A DNA stretch of 64,000 nt from Chlorokybus atmophyticus (Eukaryota; Plantae; Mesostigma and Chlorokybus algae), in contig RHPI01002402.1 in NCBI GenBank assembly GCA_009103225.1, positions 372,001-436,000 of the forward strand, written 5' to 3'. The notes under the pieces are model-generated. The model did no database searches. It was not told the origin of the DNA and was given only the letters and a program-made list of their open reading frames with translations. Position numbers and translations under genes: made by a program. How positions within the stretch are numbered: position 1 is the stretch's first letter; the number at the start of each line of letters is the position of its first letter. Below, in pieces: positions 19,060 through 31,400 of the stretch.

Positions 19060-20279
19060 CTACTCGAAACATTCAATCACATCACAACCCAACAGCCGCC
19101 AGTCTAGCTGTTGCCTCAACTTGGTTAGCCTCTTCTTCTGCTCTCCAAAATCTGAGATTGCTGTTTGGAATGGATACACAAAGATAACCTTTGTAGCTAG
19201 TGATCTGAACAGAACAGTATGCTGTGTCCGCTGTTGAGGATCATCCTTAATGAGAAACTCAATCGCATCGGGGCCATAGCGACCATCAACTTTGAATTGC
19301 AAGTATGTGCCTGCATATTCGCAGGCTGCATCAAACACCGCATGGATCCTCAACAAGGAGTTGCAGGAAGTAGCGACGATGCTACTCACCTGCTTCAGAG
19401 CTTTGAGTGCTAGTGAAAGTTGCGTTCTTACAGGTTGCAAAGACGGCTTGCTTGATCGCCTGCAGGACAGAATGAGTGTAAAGTTCGCCAAGCTACATCC
19501 AAACGTATAGTACAGCAGTGCGTACCACAACGGCCTCCTCTGTAGTCAGTGATGGTGTCTCCCATGGAGGAGCATAAGAAGCGTCTGTGGATGATGTTGA
19601 GATGCAGTTCGGGTTTGCGGCTGACGGGCACGGGCGTAACCTCCTGGATGTAGATGTGGCATGAGTGCAACCAGTCATCCATCAGTACAGCATTGGGCAA
19701 AAAAGCAACTAATAGACCACAATCCAGGTACTCAAGGACAGCGCGAGTATCAATTGGAGACGCATGCATGTGCATACCCGTCGCGTGTGCCCAGCTGCAT
19801 GACTTTGCTTTCTTCAAACGGCGTGGCATTGGCTTCTGCGGCTGCCAGCAATGGCAATGCCGTGACGCTTAGCAAAGAGGCAAGCATGACCCGTCTAGAG
19901 GCTGGTGTGGCATCCTGCCAGATTCGCGCACCCAAAACCGCGTTGTTGGTAACGAGCAACTGGCAGCCAGTGGCACATACGGAGCTGCCAGCTGGGCAGC
20001 CACCAACGTTGTCTACGCGGCAATTGAGGCATAATGGCTGGTTAATCATGCACCTCTTGTCTGATCTGTGCTGTGCATTGCGTTGCTCTTGCGGTGAGGG
20101 CTCTTGGGTGCGCCGTTCTTGGTTTATGCTTGTGCAACCGGTTCACTTCAACACCACGCCTCCATAGAACGACGCTGAGAGGGGTTGTCAAAGTCCCCAT
20201 ACCTGCAATGAGTTCCAGCGTCACTACACATAACCAGACGTGTATGAAGAACCCTTTGTGCAGAAGTGGATGACACCAT
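19060..20279 (-). CDS. Thylakoid lumen 17.9 kDa-like protein (DUF1499-related), multi-exon
   Basis: Transit peptide with an RR motif and hydrophobic segment (ASRRVMLASLLSVTALPLLAAAEA), then TPFEESK, LRPCPSAANPNCIST, DAIEFLIK and FRSLATKVIFVYPFQTAISDFGEQKKRL. Resembles Arabidopsis TL17.9 as I recall it. Confidence 0.8.
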
Positions 20280-20499
20280 GCTAACGGCAATGATTTGGTC
20301 GTGTACGCTGCATGCTTGTGTGCGTGTATCACGCATGTTGAAACTTGAAGCTGATCGTGGCAATAACTTCTTCACCTTTTAGGCAAGCACACAGCCGTTC
20401 TTTCTCATGGTGAGCAGCCAGCTATTGAGCGTGCGCGACAGGCGCGAGGCGACATAACAGCTGGCCCACATGACGCCGTAGCTACAATACACGCAGACG

Positions 20500-21000
20500 G
20501 CGGAACAAGCGAACGTCAAGACAGCCACCCAGAGCATGGATAGCAGGCACCCGCACACGAGCACCGACACGCACTTGTCTGCGAAACTTAACATCACGAC
20601 AACCCGCCGCCTAACTCCCTCCCAGACGCCGTAGCACTGCTCGCTCAACAACGGCCAGCCGCAGCGCAAGAGGTCGGACAGGAGGTCCACGACGCCACCG
20701 ACGACGACCACACCGCCCCCAGCCCGCCGCCATCCAGGCATTGACAAGCACTCCAGCAACAGCAGCAATGCGCCACTCGCTCACCTGCAGCCGCCGCCGC
20801 CGCCACTGCCATGCCAGCCACGGCTTCGTAGCCAGGATGTGCCGCTTCGTGCTTATCCTCGTTCTCCTCCTGCTCGTCCTCCTCGTGCTTATCGCCACCA
20901 CTTCCGCCCTCGTCCTTATCCATGCAGTCACCATGATGACAGCAACACCCGGCCTGCCGCATACCGGCGGGTAAGCAGCACTGCAGCAGGCTGAGGCTAC
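20500..21000. promoter_or_regulatory. GC/CpG-rich divergent promoter and 5' UTR region between the TL17.9-like and VPS23-like genes
   Basis: High GC, lies between head-to-head genes, with a GT donor at ~20970 compatible with a 5' UTR intron of the + strand gene. Confidence 0.4.
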
Positions 21001-21184
21001 ATGCGGCAGGCCGCGGTAATAAGTCGAGAGGGTAGCCGCATACGCTTGGTGCTCAGAACTTTTGAGTCAGAAGTTGAATGCGGTGAGACGGGGAGCTGAG
21101 CAATACCTGAGTGTCACTACTGATGGGCGGCGGTGTTGCTGGTGTTGTTGCTGGGAGTTGCTGGAAGAGTACGTTTTGCAGCTG

Positions 21185-23503
21185 ATGGCGTATGCTGGGT
21201 ACTCGAGAGGGGATAACTTGCAATACCAAGGCGCCATTGAACAGGCGGCGGAGTACTTGCGCCGGACACTCCCAGGCCTGATCGCCTACAGGTAATCATG
21301 CACTGTCAATTACAAGCCAAAATTGCCAATTCCTTCACGTGAAACAGTCAAGACGATGCTGTGGTGAAAGCCGTTTAGTATGCCGAGTATACCAACGTCC
21401 ATGGCTGCTTCCGGGTGTGTCTGTCACTTCACAACTGCTGTCGCAACCACTTTCGATGCTGGGCGTTAACAACTCAAGCGTAGTTGACTTTCTTTTGCGC
21501 ATCAACCTTGCATTGACAGAATGTGGTTTGTTCAACTGGCAGTGAGGCTGCAAAATCAAGTCTGATTCAGCAAGTCACCGAGACTTTGCAGCAGTTTCCT
21601 ACATTAGCAGTGTTGGTGAAGCCATTGCATGCTGACGGTAGCAGCACTGCGCCGCAAGACACACTGTTAGTGGCGCTTGAGGGCACTGTTCCAGCCAACA
21701 TCTCTGGCAGCTTGTACAACATTCCTGTAAGACTGTTGTACACACCTCACAGCTCCTGCTACTTGCTGTTTATGTTGCATGCAATAACAAATATTACTAG
21801 TCGCTAAGCGCCGGTTGTGCAGGTGAGCATACGTTGTCCTGTCTTCTACCCTCAACAGGCACCTGCCATATATGTGACGCCTGGTCTAGATATGATGCTG
21901 GCAGCTAACCACAGCATAATTGACGATCAGGGTAGATGCATGCCGCCATCAATACGAACATGGCATGAAGGCAGTCAGCTGGCATCTCTAGTCAAGGAGG
22001 TAATCTTGCCTGAGTTCGGTACCTTGTTATTGTTGCTGCTGTGACGCAATGCTTGCAGGCGCTCTAACTGATCACCTAGATGATAGGTGTCTACGCTGTT
22101 TGGGGCAGAGTCGCCTGTTTACTCGCGTCCTCCATCGCTTCCAAGCACACCTGTGAGTAGCTTGCCAACACCTTCAACGCCTTTGGCCACGTCCAAGGGT
22201 GCCTATCCAAAGCCAGTGACTGCAGACAACGCTGGTTCCGTCATGGCAGATGTGCAGGATATTGATGAGCTGCGCAGTCTCTGCGCAGCTTTAAGCAAAC
22301 AGTATGCAAGTTTTTGTTGTTTCAAGCAGCGCATGGCGGCACTCCTGCTAGCTAAAGCCTTATGTGCATTCCAGGGTGCAAATGCTACTGGCTCAGGATG
22401 AGGAGGTCGAGAACCAGCTGTTTGCAGCCGACGACAAGCTCTACAGCGGTGAACTGAACCTGGACAACTATCTGAAGGTTGGTCGTGTTCAGCTGTGACT
22501 AGTCTCTTGCTGAGATGAGTTTCAACCTTTCGGGTCTATTTGCCTGATACCTACAATGCAGCTGGTACGAATGCAAGCTCGTCAGCAGTTGCTCAATAAG
22601 GCCCTTCTAGCCAAGGTAATATACAATCGTTGCATCCTCTTTGCGCTGTAGTTATTGTAAAGGCGTAGTAGTGTTTCAAATGCCACATGCATCCTCGATT
22701 ATAGGTTGAGCTCCTGCACCAGCGTCATCAGCAGCGGTTGGCTGCTCTGGAGTTGGAAATGCAGCATTACAGAGAACAGGCGGCGACCCTGGAGCAACAA
22801 AGAAGGCAGGCGGAGGATGAGGAAGCAAGAAGGCGTATGCAAGCAGAGGAAGAACGAAAACAGCACTTGGCACACATGCTATATCAGCAGCAGGTGGCAG
22901 AAGCTTCGCTGGCAACTGGCAAAATCACACCGTTTAACCTTCTCGCACCCTCAGTGCCTCAAGTAAGCACGTCTTGTATCTCGAGGCATGTGCACCGGTT
23001 TCAAGTTGTATGTCTGTGCAAGTTTTACGCTTGGATGACGCAGTTGTGCTGTCACATATCCTTTAGTGGGTTTTGTACCATGAATGTGCCTAACATTGGG
23101 TTAAGTTTACATATATTCACATCTGAATGGCGGATAGACAATGCACTTGGCAAAACCTTGCGTGTTCACCAGCGTTTGCATGGCACCATGATGTTGGTTG
23201 GGCTTTGCGTGCCCATGTACACTTTGCTAGCGTCACATAATGGTATCGTGCAAGCTCAACCTTCCTTATATTGAACTGCAGGTCAGTGGCTACACACTGC
23301 CAGCAACAAGTCAGCCGCCAGCTCCACTTCCTTTCACATCCGCACCACCGTCACAGCCGGGATTGTTTGCGCCACCGTACCGGCCGCAAGCACAGCCCCC
23401 GCACCAGATGTACAGCTATCAGCCACAACGGCCTCCAGGTTACCCAGCACCGCCGTACTATGGTAGCAGTCAAGCAACATGGTATGCTGGACAAGGCCGC
23501 TGA
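21185..23503 (+). CDS. VPS23: VPS23/TSG101/ELC-like UEV-domain protein with atypical C-terminus, multi-exon
   Basis: UEV motifs LEGTVP..YNIPV, YPQQAPAIYVTP, NHSIIDDQGRC and FGAESPVYSR. Vps23-core-like QVQMLLAQDEEVENQLFAADDKLYSGELNLDNYLKLVRMQARQQLLNKALLAK, then a Gln/Glu/Arg coiled coil and a Pro/Tyr tail. Confidence 0.8.
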
Positions 23504-26500
23504 TTGCGCTCACCTGCGCAAGCACTACACTGCACATGAAATGTTACGCTTGTCCAGTGGCTGCACTAGCGCAGCCGTCCATTTGGGCAAAGTCAACATG
23601 AGAACAGGCCGCAGCCGAACATCATGCTGGCACATCTTGACCCAGCGTCTATTGTATTGCCGTCGTACTGGCATAATAAGTCACACTCTATGTACATCGG
23701 TGCGTACTGGCATAGTGCAATGACTTCAGCAAGTCCAGCATAACACCCTATGCAGTCATTGAGTTGTTGGCATACAATGTACTGCAATTCTTTAAAAAAT
23801 ACAATAGAGGCAGGCGTAGGAGTAGAGTAGGTAGCCCGGTGGTCATGTATGTAGCGACGAGGTGAGTGTGTAGTGCAGTGTGTTGCATGCGCGGTATGGT
23901 CTGCATGGGCACACCCCTTCCGCATTTCCTGGACACTGGTATAAATAAATAAGACTCCAGCGCCGATGGCGGTCCAACGTATGGTGCATAACTGCTCCGC
24001 ATCCCATCGGAGTTAACCTGTCACAATCGCCGCCGCCGTGCTTTTGCAGCAATGGCTTGAACCATGAGCTGCAGCGGCTCTTCTCTGAAGCTTACAAGCA
24101 ACAGCATCGCCTGCGTGCTGATATCATCCTGCCAGAAAACTGTCTGAGGAGGGGCATGTATGACAGGCATATCGAGAAACCCAGCTCTTGCCAACTGTAT
24201 GTCATGTCACTCACATGCACTGAAGCACGCTCCCCAATGTAATCCAGATACCACAGCTGCAAAGGCAGGTTGCGTGGCACCATGAACGAAACCTGGATTG
24301 TGGACAGCAGCGCACTAAACCTTAGGATGGGCCTGAAAAACATGATGATTCTCGTCTCTCGCGCGCAAACTATCTGCCAGCAGAATGCATAACAACCTTA
24401 CGTGAGACAGGGAAGTGAGTCGGATACAATTTGAGCAACTCACCTCTAGAGTATGACATGGGTGGGGGCCATCGTCAGGCCGCTTGAGTGGGGGAGCGCC
24501 GGACTGCCGAAATAACCGTATAAACACAGGTCACACAGGACTGTAGTCATTGGTATTGAAGCAAACAGCGTGGCACATCTCATGCCAGCCACATTGCATG
24601 CACATTCTGACCCAATGGCACTGTACGAGCGTCATGATGCTTGAAAATACAACAGCGCAACAACATACACACACGCACAGTCACAAGCAGCAAAGCAACA
24701 ACTCACAAAAGTAGGGGCCCAGACCAGCGCTCTTGCTCACATTATGATTAACTACGACAACTTTCCGATTGCTACATCTCGTTAAGGAGAGCGTGTGATT
24801 GTTGGGGTACTGTTGTATTGTGAATGCAACCATCGTTGCATGCAAAATACAACAGGACAAGAACGTTGAGTACTGACAACATGTTTGTCAGTCATGACAG
24901 CAGTCAAGACAGCTGTCGATACCGCTCTCCGTCCAGGTTTTGCTCAAGGCTGAAAGTCTACGAGCACTTGTTGCTGCAGCTCATGCGGGACACAATACGT
25001 GTTTCGACTGATCTGCAGCGGCTTGCTACAGCTCATGCACACGTAGTGCAAGCCGCTTCACTGAGCCCAGACCAGCACAACACTTGACCAATGCATGGGG
25101 TCCGAGAGTCGAGTCACTATACTAAACTATCTCAGAGGTTCTTGCTCAAGAGGCCCTGATGTAACGCATACGCTTACTCGCGTGAGGCGGGGCGTGGCAG
25201 GTGGCGCCATGGTGGCGGCGGAGGCGGAGGCGACGGAGGAGCGTAGGGAGAGGGAGGAGGAGGAGGAGGAGGAGGAGGAGGCTGCTTCAGTTCCACTCTG
25301 AGGGGAACAATGCGGCAGCGCTGCCATCAGAGCGCCATAGACAGCCTTCAATGCGGGAAGCTCGTACAGCAGCAGCCCGCTGACACGCAGCCTCCACCAG
25401 AGTGCTGAGCGGAGGGCTGCCGTCATGGCCGCGCTCGTGAGAGTAATACAACAGAGTAGAGGACTTAGTCAGCGGCAGGCATGACGAGGCTGAAAAGTGA
25501 GGTGTGAGAGTTTGAAACTATTCCGCTTTGACAGGACAGACAGACTGGCTGTGGCGTGTTTGATGGGGGTAACTGAATGGTGTGGTGGTAGCTGTCACAG
25601 TCAGAGAGTCCTGGTCCCTCCTCTGTCCTGTGAATGGATTGATGACTATGCTGCGTGACTCTTGTGCTTGACAAGACAGCTGGCGGGTCACCCTCAGTAG
25701 TAGCAGCGGAGGGTGTCATTGCGCTGAAGGTCTGCTGGACTTTTACACTGGGTGCCTTGACTTTTTGGAACCCCTCGCTGTGGATCGTAGAGGGTGTTCT
25801 GGAGCATGGCGGCTCAGCAACCTGTGTAAATTCGTCGCAATGCCATCTGCCAACACGAAGGGGCACACAAGCACGCACCCAAGCAAGTGGCTGCTGTTCT
25901 ACGACACACTCAGTCAGCGCTGTTGCAATACAACAGTTGCTGCTGTTGGGATGCCATTGGAGCTGATGCTAGCCTGGTGTTCGCCCTGTCTGGGTGGTGC
26001 TCCAGAAAGTACAACCGAACGCAGCAGTCGGTTGTGTTGCAGAGGTCCCGGGAGAGGGTTCGGACAACCAAATGCTAAGCTTTCTCTCTGGCCTTCATTA
26101 TGTTTCGGCCACAGGTAAAGGCTGGGCTACAATCAGCCTTCAACTTCAACGACAAACAGCAAGGCTAAGTGCACGTGTACGTCCTGTAGTCCAATACACA
26201 TGCACGTGTCAGCGCGTAAGTACTGGGTCCTCCCCGCCTGAGAACAGTATCGCACATCAGCCATCTTGCTTGCTAATTGCTACAGCAGACATGCCATGCA
26301 TGCTGGCACAGCATACCCCTTTTGTACAATGAGAGGCACGCCTAGACTGATTGCGACATTGCTCGTGATGTATACCAGTGCTTACACAGCTAGACAACTT
26401 AGACAGATTGGGAACACTACCCATGGGCGTAACAAAGCTATGCTGGCATGCAACTAAGTTGAAATGAACAACTGGATTCGGACCACAACAGTAGGTACAC

Positions 26501-26622
26501 CTTTAAATCTAGTTCAACCAGGTATCAAAGCACCGCAAGGTGGTGGACTAGCGAAGGCCTTCTGCGGTATTAAGTGGCGGTGTTCTTGTGGGTGTCGTCG
26601 TCGTTGGCGGCGGCGGCGGCGG

Positions 26623-27843
26623 ATGCTGGAGGAGGCGGCTCTAAGCTGCCTCCGTGGCGGTCCTCTTCCCAACGACGTTTGCATTACCGTCGCCGGCGCT
26701 TCCGCGGACGCGGACGGCGCATGCTTGGTGCCCTGGTTTATCCAACGCCAGCTCTCGCTGCCAGCTGCGGCTTCCTCCCGCTTGCTGCTCATCGCGGCTC
26801 GCGAAGTGTTTGCTGTCTACGCAAACACAAGCCGGAAACTGGTAAGTAAGCAGGGGTATGTGCTTTATAGCTACGCTGAAGTTGTTGCATTGTGCAATGC
26901 GCAGTCAGTGCACTAAACATAACGCAGTTAATGCGTTGGTGCATGATTGCGCACGTGTCAGTAGAACTTGCTTGTGCAATTACCTATGTATGGTTGGGTT
27001 TGATGAGTAGGCGCATTGCCTACTCATCAGATTAACTTGTTTACACCGTTCACGAGTTGTGCCTGTTTGCCCTGAGTGACATTTGCATGTTAACTTTTCA
27101 GGGAGTCAATCTAGCTGCCAGCGTCGCATCGGGTCAGCTCGCTGTCATAGACTGTTTAACACAGCCAGCAGCATGGCTGATCAAACAAGACTTTGAGTCT
27201 CTCACTCCCCTTCAAGAAACGTCAACGGGACGTCGCATTGAGCGATTCACTGCCGATGAAGAAGCAGCGGAGCCACTGCGCCCGCTTTACCAGCTTATAC
27301 AGCAATGGGTTCGCACTGATGAGGGTTCCCACACAAGCGCTCCGCGTTGCATCATAGTCGACAGCGTGTCAACTTTGCTCTGGCTTGCCGGGCCTTATGC
27401 ACACGCCCTTGATTTCATTCGCTGCTGCCGTGCTCTGGTAAGCCTTTGATTCACCGCAAAACTACTTATTGTCTAATGCCCGTTAATCAACTCATGTGCG
27501 TTGCAGAATACGGCACTGGTGCTATGCATCCAGAGCGATGCGGTTGAGGTTGTTGCATTCGTCAACGCTGTCAAGCATCTCAGTGACCTTGTGATTGAGG
27601 TGGAGCCTTTGGAAAGTGGATACGCTCACGATGTTCATGGCCAGGTAGGTCTGCTCAGCTTTCTCTCCACAATGACCATTTGAGCCGCTCACATGTTTGC
27701 TGTTGCAGCTCACAGTCACTCATCAGACAGATGCCTTACTTGCCAAGAGGGATGATTTGCCCAGCAACACCTCGTCAATCATACAATATCGTCTTGCTGA
27801 TGGCGGATACCACTTTTTCCGTCCAGGGGGACCACATGTGTGA
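26623..27843 (+). CDS. ELP6: Elongator complex subunit 6, 4 coding exons
   Basis: YANTSRKL-GVNL, LAVIDCL, LRPLYQLI, CIIVDSVSTLL, ALDFIRCCRAL, HLSDLVIEVEPLESGYAHDVHGQLTV and IQYRLADGGYHFF follow the ELP6 RecA-like pattern. Confidence 0.88.
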
Positions 27844-28437
27844 CTCTTTGGCATTGGTGACAAGCATGTTGCCAGAGTTGTAGGACAGCGCTTCGGCGCA
27901 TAGTGTAGTCCCCTAAATACAGTGATTGCAGCGCATGCAGTGCTGTTCATCCATGGTTAGGCATCCGGTTAGGTGGCAACTCAGATGACAAAGCTATTGT
28001 ATTGCTGCTGAAATGAAAGCAGGCAGTTCGGCGGGCTGACACTGAAGTCACTTGGTGATCGTTTTCGCATAGCATGTATGAGAGCACACGGCAGTGTGCG
28101 CAGCACATGTGCAAACATACAAAACACTGCACAACAGAGGGCAGTAGTAGGCGGGCCTTGTATGAGCCGGTGGTGGAGGCTCTATTCTACACGTTGTTTG
28201 CGTATGAAACTAGCAAGACTATTTTTCCAGCTTGCAATCAACTTTGCGACAATAGCTGCTGCTGAAACTGCAAACCCATCACTCTTAAGTAACATAAGTA
28301 CAGGGTTCTATGGTCGCTCGCACAACATCCGCTGTGCAGACTGTTAATAACCTTACAGCATGCACATCTGTAAGTGGACTCTAACATCCTTGCAGATGTA
28401 TCACATGCGCTGCTCGTTCGTGACAGAATGTAATGTA

Positions 28438-31400
28438 TCAGACTGCTTTGGCTGGCATGTCCTTTACAGCGCGGACCGCGCAGAGGTTGGTGAGAACTGC
28501 CCGGCGCGTGTTGGCCTCGTATGCCTCTCTGTCGCACTTGAGGGATGCTGCGGCGACCGTACCCTCGCCAGAGCTCGCAGGTTCAGATGATGACTCATGG
28601 TAACCTTGCAGCACCGACAGCATGCGCTCCTCCACCGTCCCGCGCATCGCCAGAGTTTCAACCATGACAGCCTGCTTCGCACCCATGCGATGTGCTCGAC
28701 TGATCACCTAGAGGAAAGCACAGCACAAGTTCAGGTTTAGCAAGCTACAGGACGTCATAGCATAATGTAATTGGAACATGATAGTAAGTCTTTTGACTTA
28801 ACGGTGTCAAGACTGTTGCAGCAACACAATGTATGCAGCCCGATGATGCATACCTGATCTTCCAAACTGCGATCCCATATAGGTTCCATCAAGTAGACAT
28901 ACGTGACGAAACTCAGGTCGAAACCTAAAGCTCCCACCTGCGCGTTGCATGCATTAAGGGGCTGTACATGTTGATGCACTACCACACAGCAACTCTTTCA
29001 CATGCATGGCACAAAAACGCACATGTCCAAACCAGCAGTTCTGCCAATACCTGATCCATCAACAAGATGTTGCAGCAAGGGTCATGCTCAAACGTCGCAA
29101 GCCCTTTCTTCTTGTCCAACTTCGTGAGCTGGCTATGCAGGATGCTGAACTGCATTTGTCGGTCCTTCAACAGCTCCACGATCAGATGCAAGTGCTGCAA
29201 GAATTGGGAGAAGACAATGACCTTGTGGCTTTGCCCTGCGTGATTGATACTGGTCAGCATGAGCGTGTTGGTGTACAATTGCGAAAAGACCATGTTGCCC
29301 CTGCAGAGCGAACGCACCAGAGTGTGATATTTGACTCTGTATGACATCCAAGCGCTGCAACAAATAGTCCACCTTTGTGCTAGCAGTAGACTGCCAATCA
29401 GCATGCCATGCCTGCAGAGGAACAGTGCATGGAGCACACCGCATTGCGCTGCATGAATGAGCGCAAATGACCATGACTCACACTCACAGCCACATACCGC
29501 CTGCGTGTAGGACGGCTGCCACTCAATCAACTCCACCGGCACGGGCCATTTCGGATTCGAGTTCTCCTGGGTCTTCTTCATCTCCATCGCGTAAGGCACT
29601 CTGCAACTTGCAAGCGCACAGTGCTCCTGCAGGCATTGACAAAAGAGTCACCACACAAATGTCTAATGCTCAAGGGTAGGAACGAGGTATCAGAACCATG
29701 ATGGTGTTTTCTGGAAGTGCCGACTGTCGGCTTCATCTCATGTCATACATCATGGTAGCACAGCAATGAGTTGGTACCTTGTCGGTAGCACAACAGTCAA
29801 GGCAAAGTACGTGAGCACAAGGTGTGACTACAGGGAGACGGGACCACTGCTTGCATTGCAAGCACTCCCCACCATTCCTGACTGCATCCCTTATGGTGTC
29901 GTGCTCCTCAGCACTGAGGCCAGGAAGCCTTTCTGTCAGCTTGTCAATAGTCTCATCCTGCAAAGCAATTCATGTCAGATGAATTTCTCGCCCGATAGGC
30001 ACTGGCGGCGCAACATACCACCTCAACTTAGCCAACGACAGCTGTTACGTACCAGTTCCCACTCAAACACTTGCACGTTGATGTGGCCGGCCACACAAGA
30101 CGCCAGGCGGACGTTGAAGAGCATTTCACGGCACAACTTGAGTTTCTTTGAGTTGAGTAGGGACTCAATGTGGTCGGGATCGTTCCAGTCAGCAAGCAAC
30201 AAATTCCTCTTCACAATCTCTACTTGCTGGTTGTAAGAAGCTGCATGCTGCCTGCCAAAGTCCAGCAATCGCACAGTGCGCATGCAAGGCGGGATGGACA
30301 TGATGTCCGCCTTGCGTGCACATATTACACGATCTTGCAGCACCTGTACAACATGCAACACACAGTAAGCACTTATGTCACAGCCATACAAGAAATTCAA
30401 CTACAGCCAAAGCATACATGATCACACGCTTATTTCCCCACACTCGCTGACTTGTGCACCTGCTTGAGGCGCACGATGCCGTCCATATTGCGGGCTTCAA
30501 TTGGCTTTTGAATGGCTGTCACCCACAGATTGCTATCATTGCCGTACAACTCCTCGCGTAGGAACCTAAGCAACGGCTGTAAACAACTGGTTAGATCCAT
30601 CGCATAGACGTTACATGCCGCGCATGTGAGCGCGCAGCGGGAACAATGGCATCACCGGTAGGGAGCGAACCATGCTGACCTGCAGATGGGCTGATTGAGA
30701 AGAAGGAGTGTTAGGTGTAGGTGTGCCAGTCATAACCCAGCGCCTGTCGCAACGCAGGCTGCAGGCCATCTGCAGCTTATTTGTCATAGCCAGTGATGCG
30801 CCTAGTGTGTGTCCTTCATCTAAAATGACCCGAAGCCAATGCACTCGCAGCAACGGACTCTGCTCTCGCTCAGTCCACTCCATAGACAGCTTGCTGAATG
30901 TAGTCAAAACAATGTCATAGTCCCACGCGAGCTCGTGTACCTTAGGTGCGCACTCGCCCGTATCAAGTATGCACACTCGCAGCGCAAATGCCGCAGTGTG
31001 CCTTTGAATCTGAGCTCGCCAGTGCGTAATCAGCGTGCTGGGCACCACAACCAAGGTCGCTCTTGATAGATATATGGTGCTCACGCTTGGAGACCAGAGT
31101 TTGACACGCGTGGCGCACAACGCCTGCTGCAATGCTTCCTTATCAAGCATCACATCACGAAGCTGCTCTGGTAGCCTCCAGCAATGCACATCTGCATCGT
31201 CAGATGTGGACGAGTCAACTGCAGCCGCTGAGTCTGCGGCTTCCAGACCCAAGTCGCGAAAGAAGTTTATGTACGCTGAAGAGGTGCGGCAAATGAAGGG
31301 GACAATGAAGCCGTGTCTACTCGCCAGTGTCTCCTCTGTTTGGTCGAGAAGCCAGTGAACAGCCATAGCGTCACGGCTTTCAGTGAACCTGAAGCGCTGA

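Noticed and set aside
20379-20962. Minus-strand hydrophobic or acidic ORFs upstream of the TL17.9-like gene (possible dicistronic partner)
   Set aside because: Joining them needs a 34-nt intron. GC-rich triplet repeats open several frames on both strands, and the region is better explained as promoter/5' UTR.
23056-23064. ATATCCTTT, a U12-type 5' splice site look-alike
   Set aside because: It lies inside a normal GT-AG intron with no matching U12 branch site or AC acceptor.
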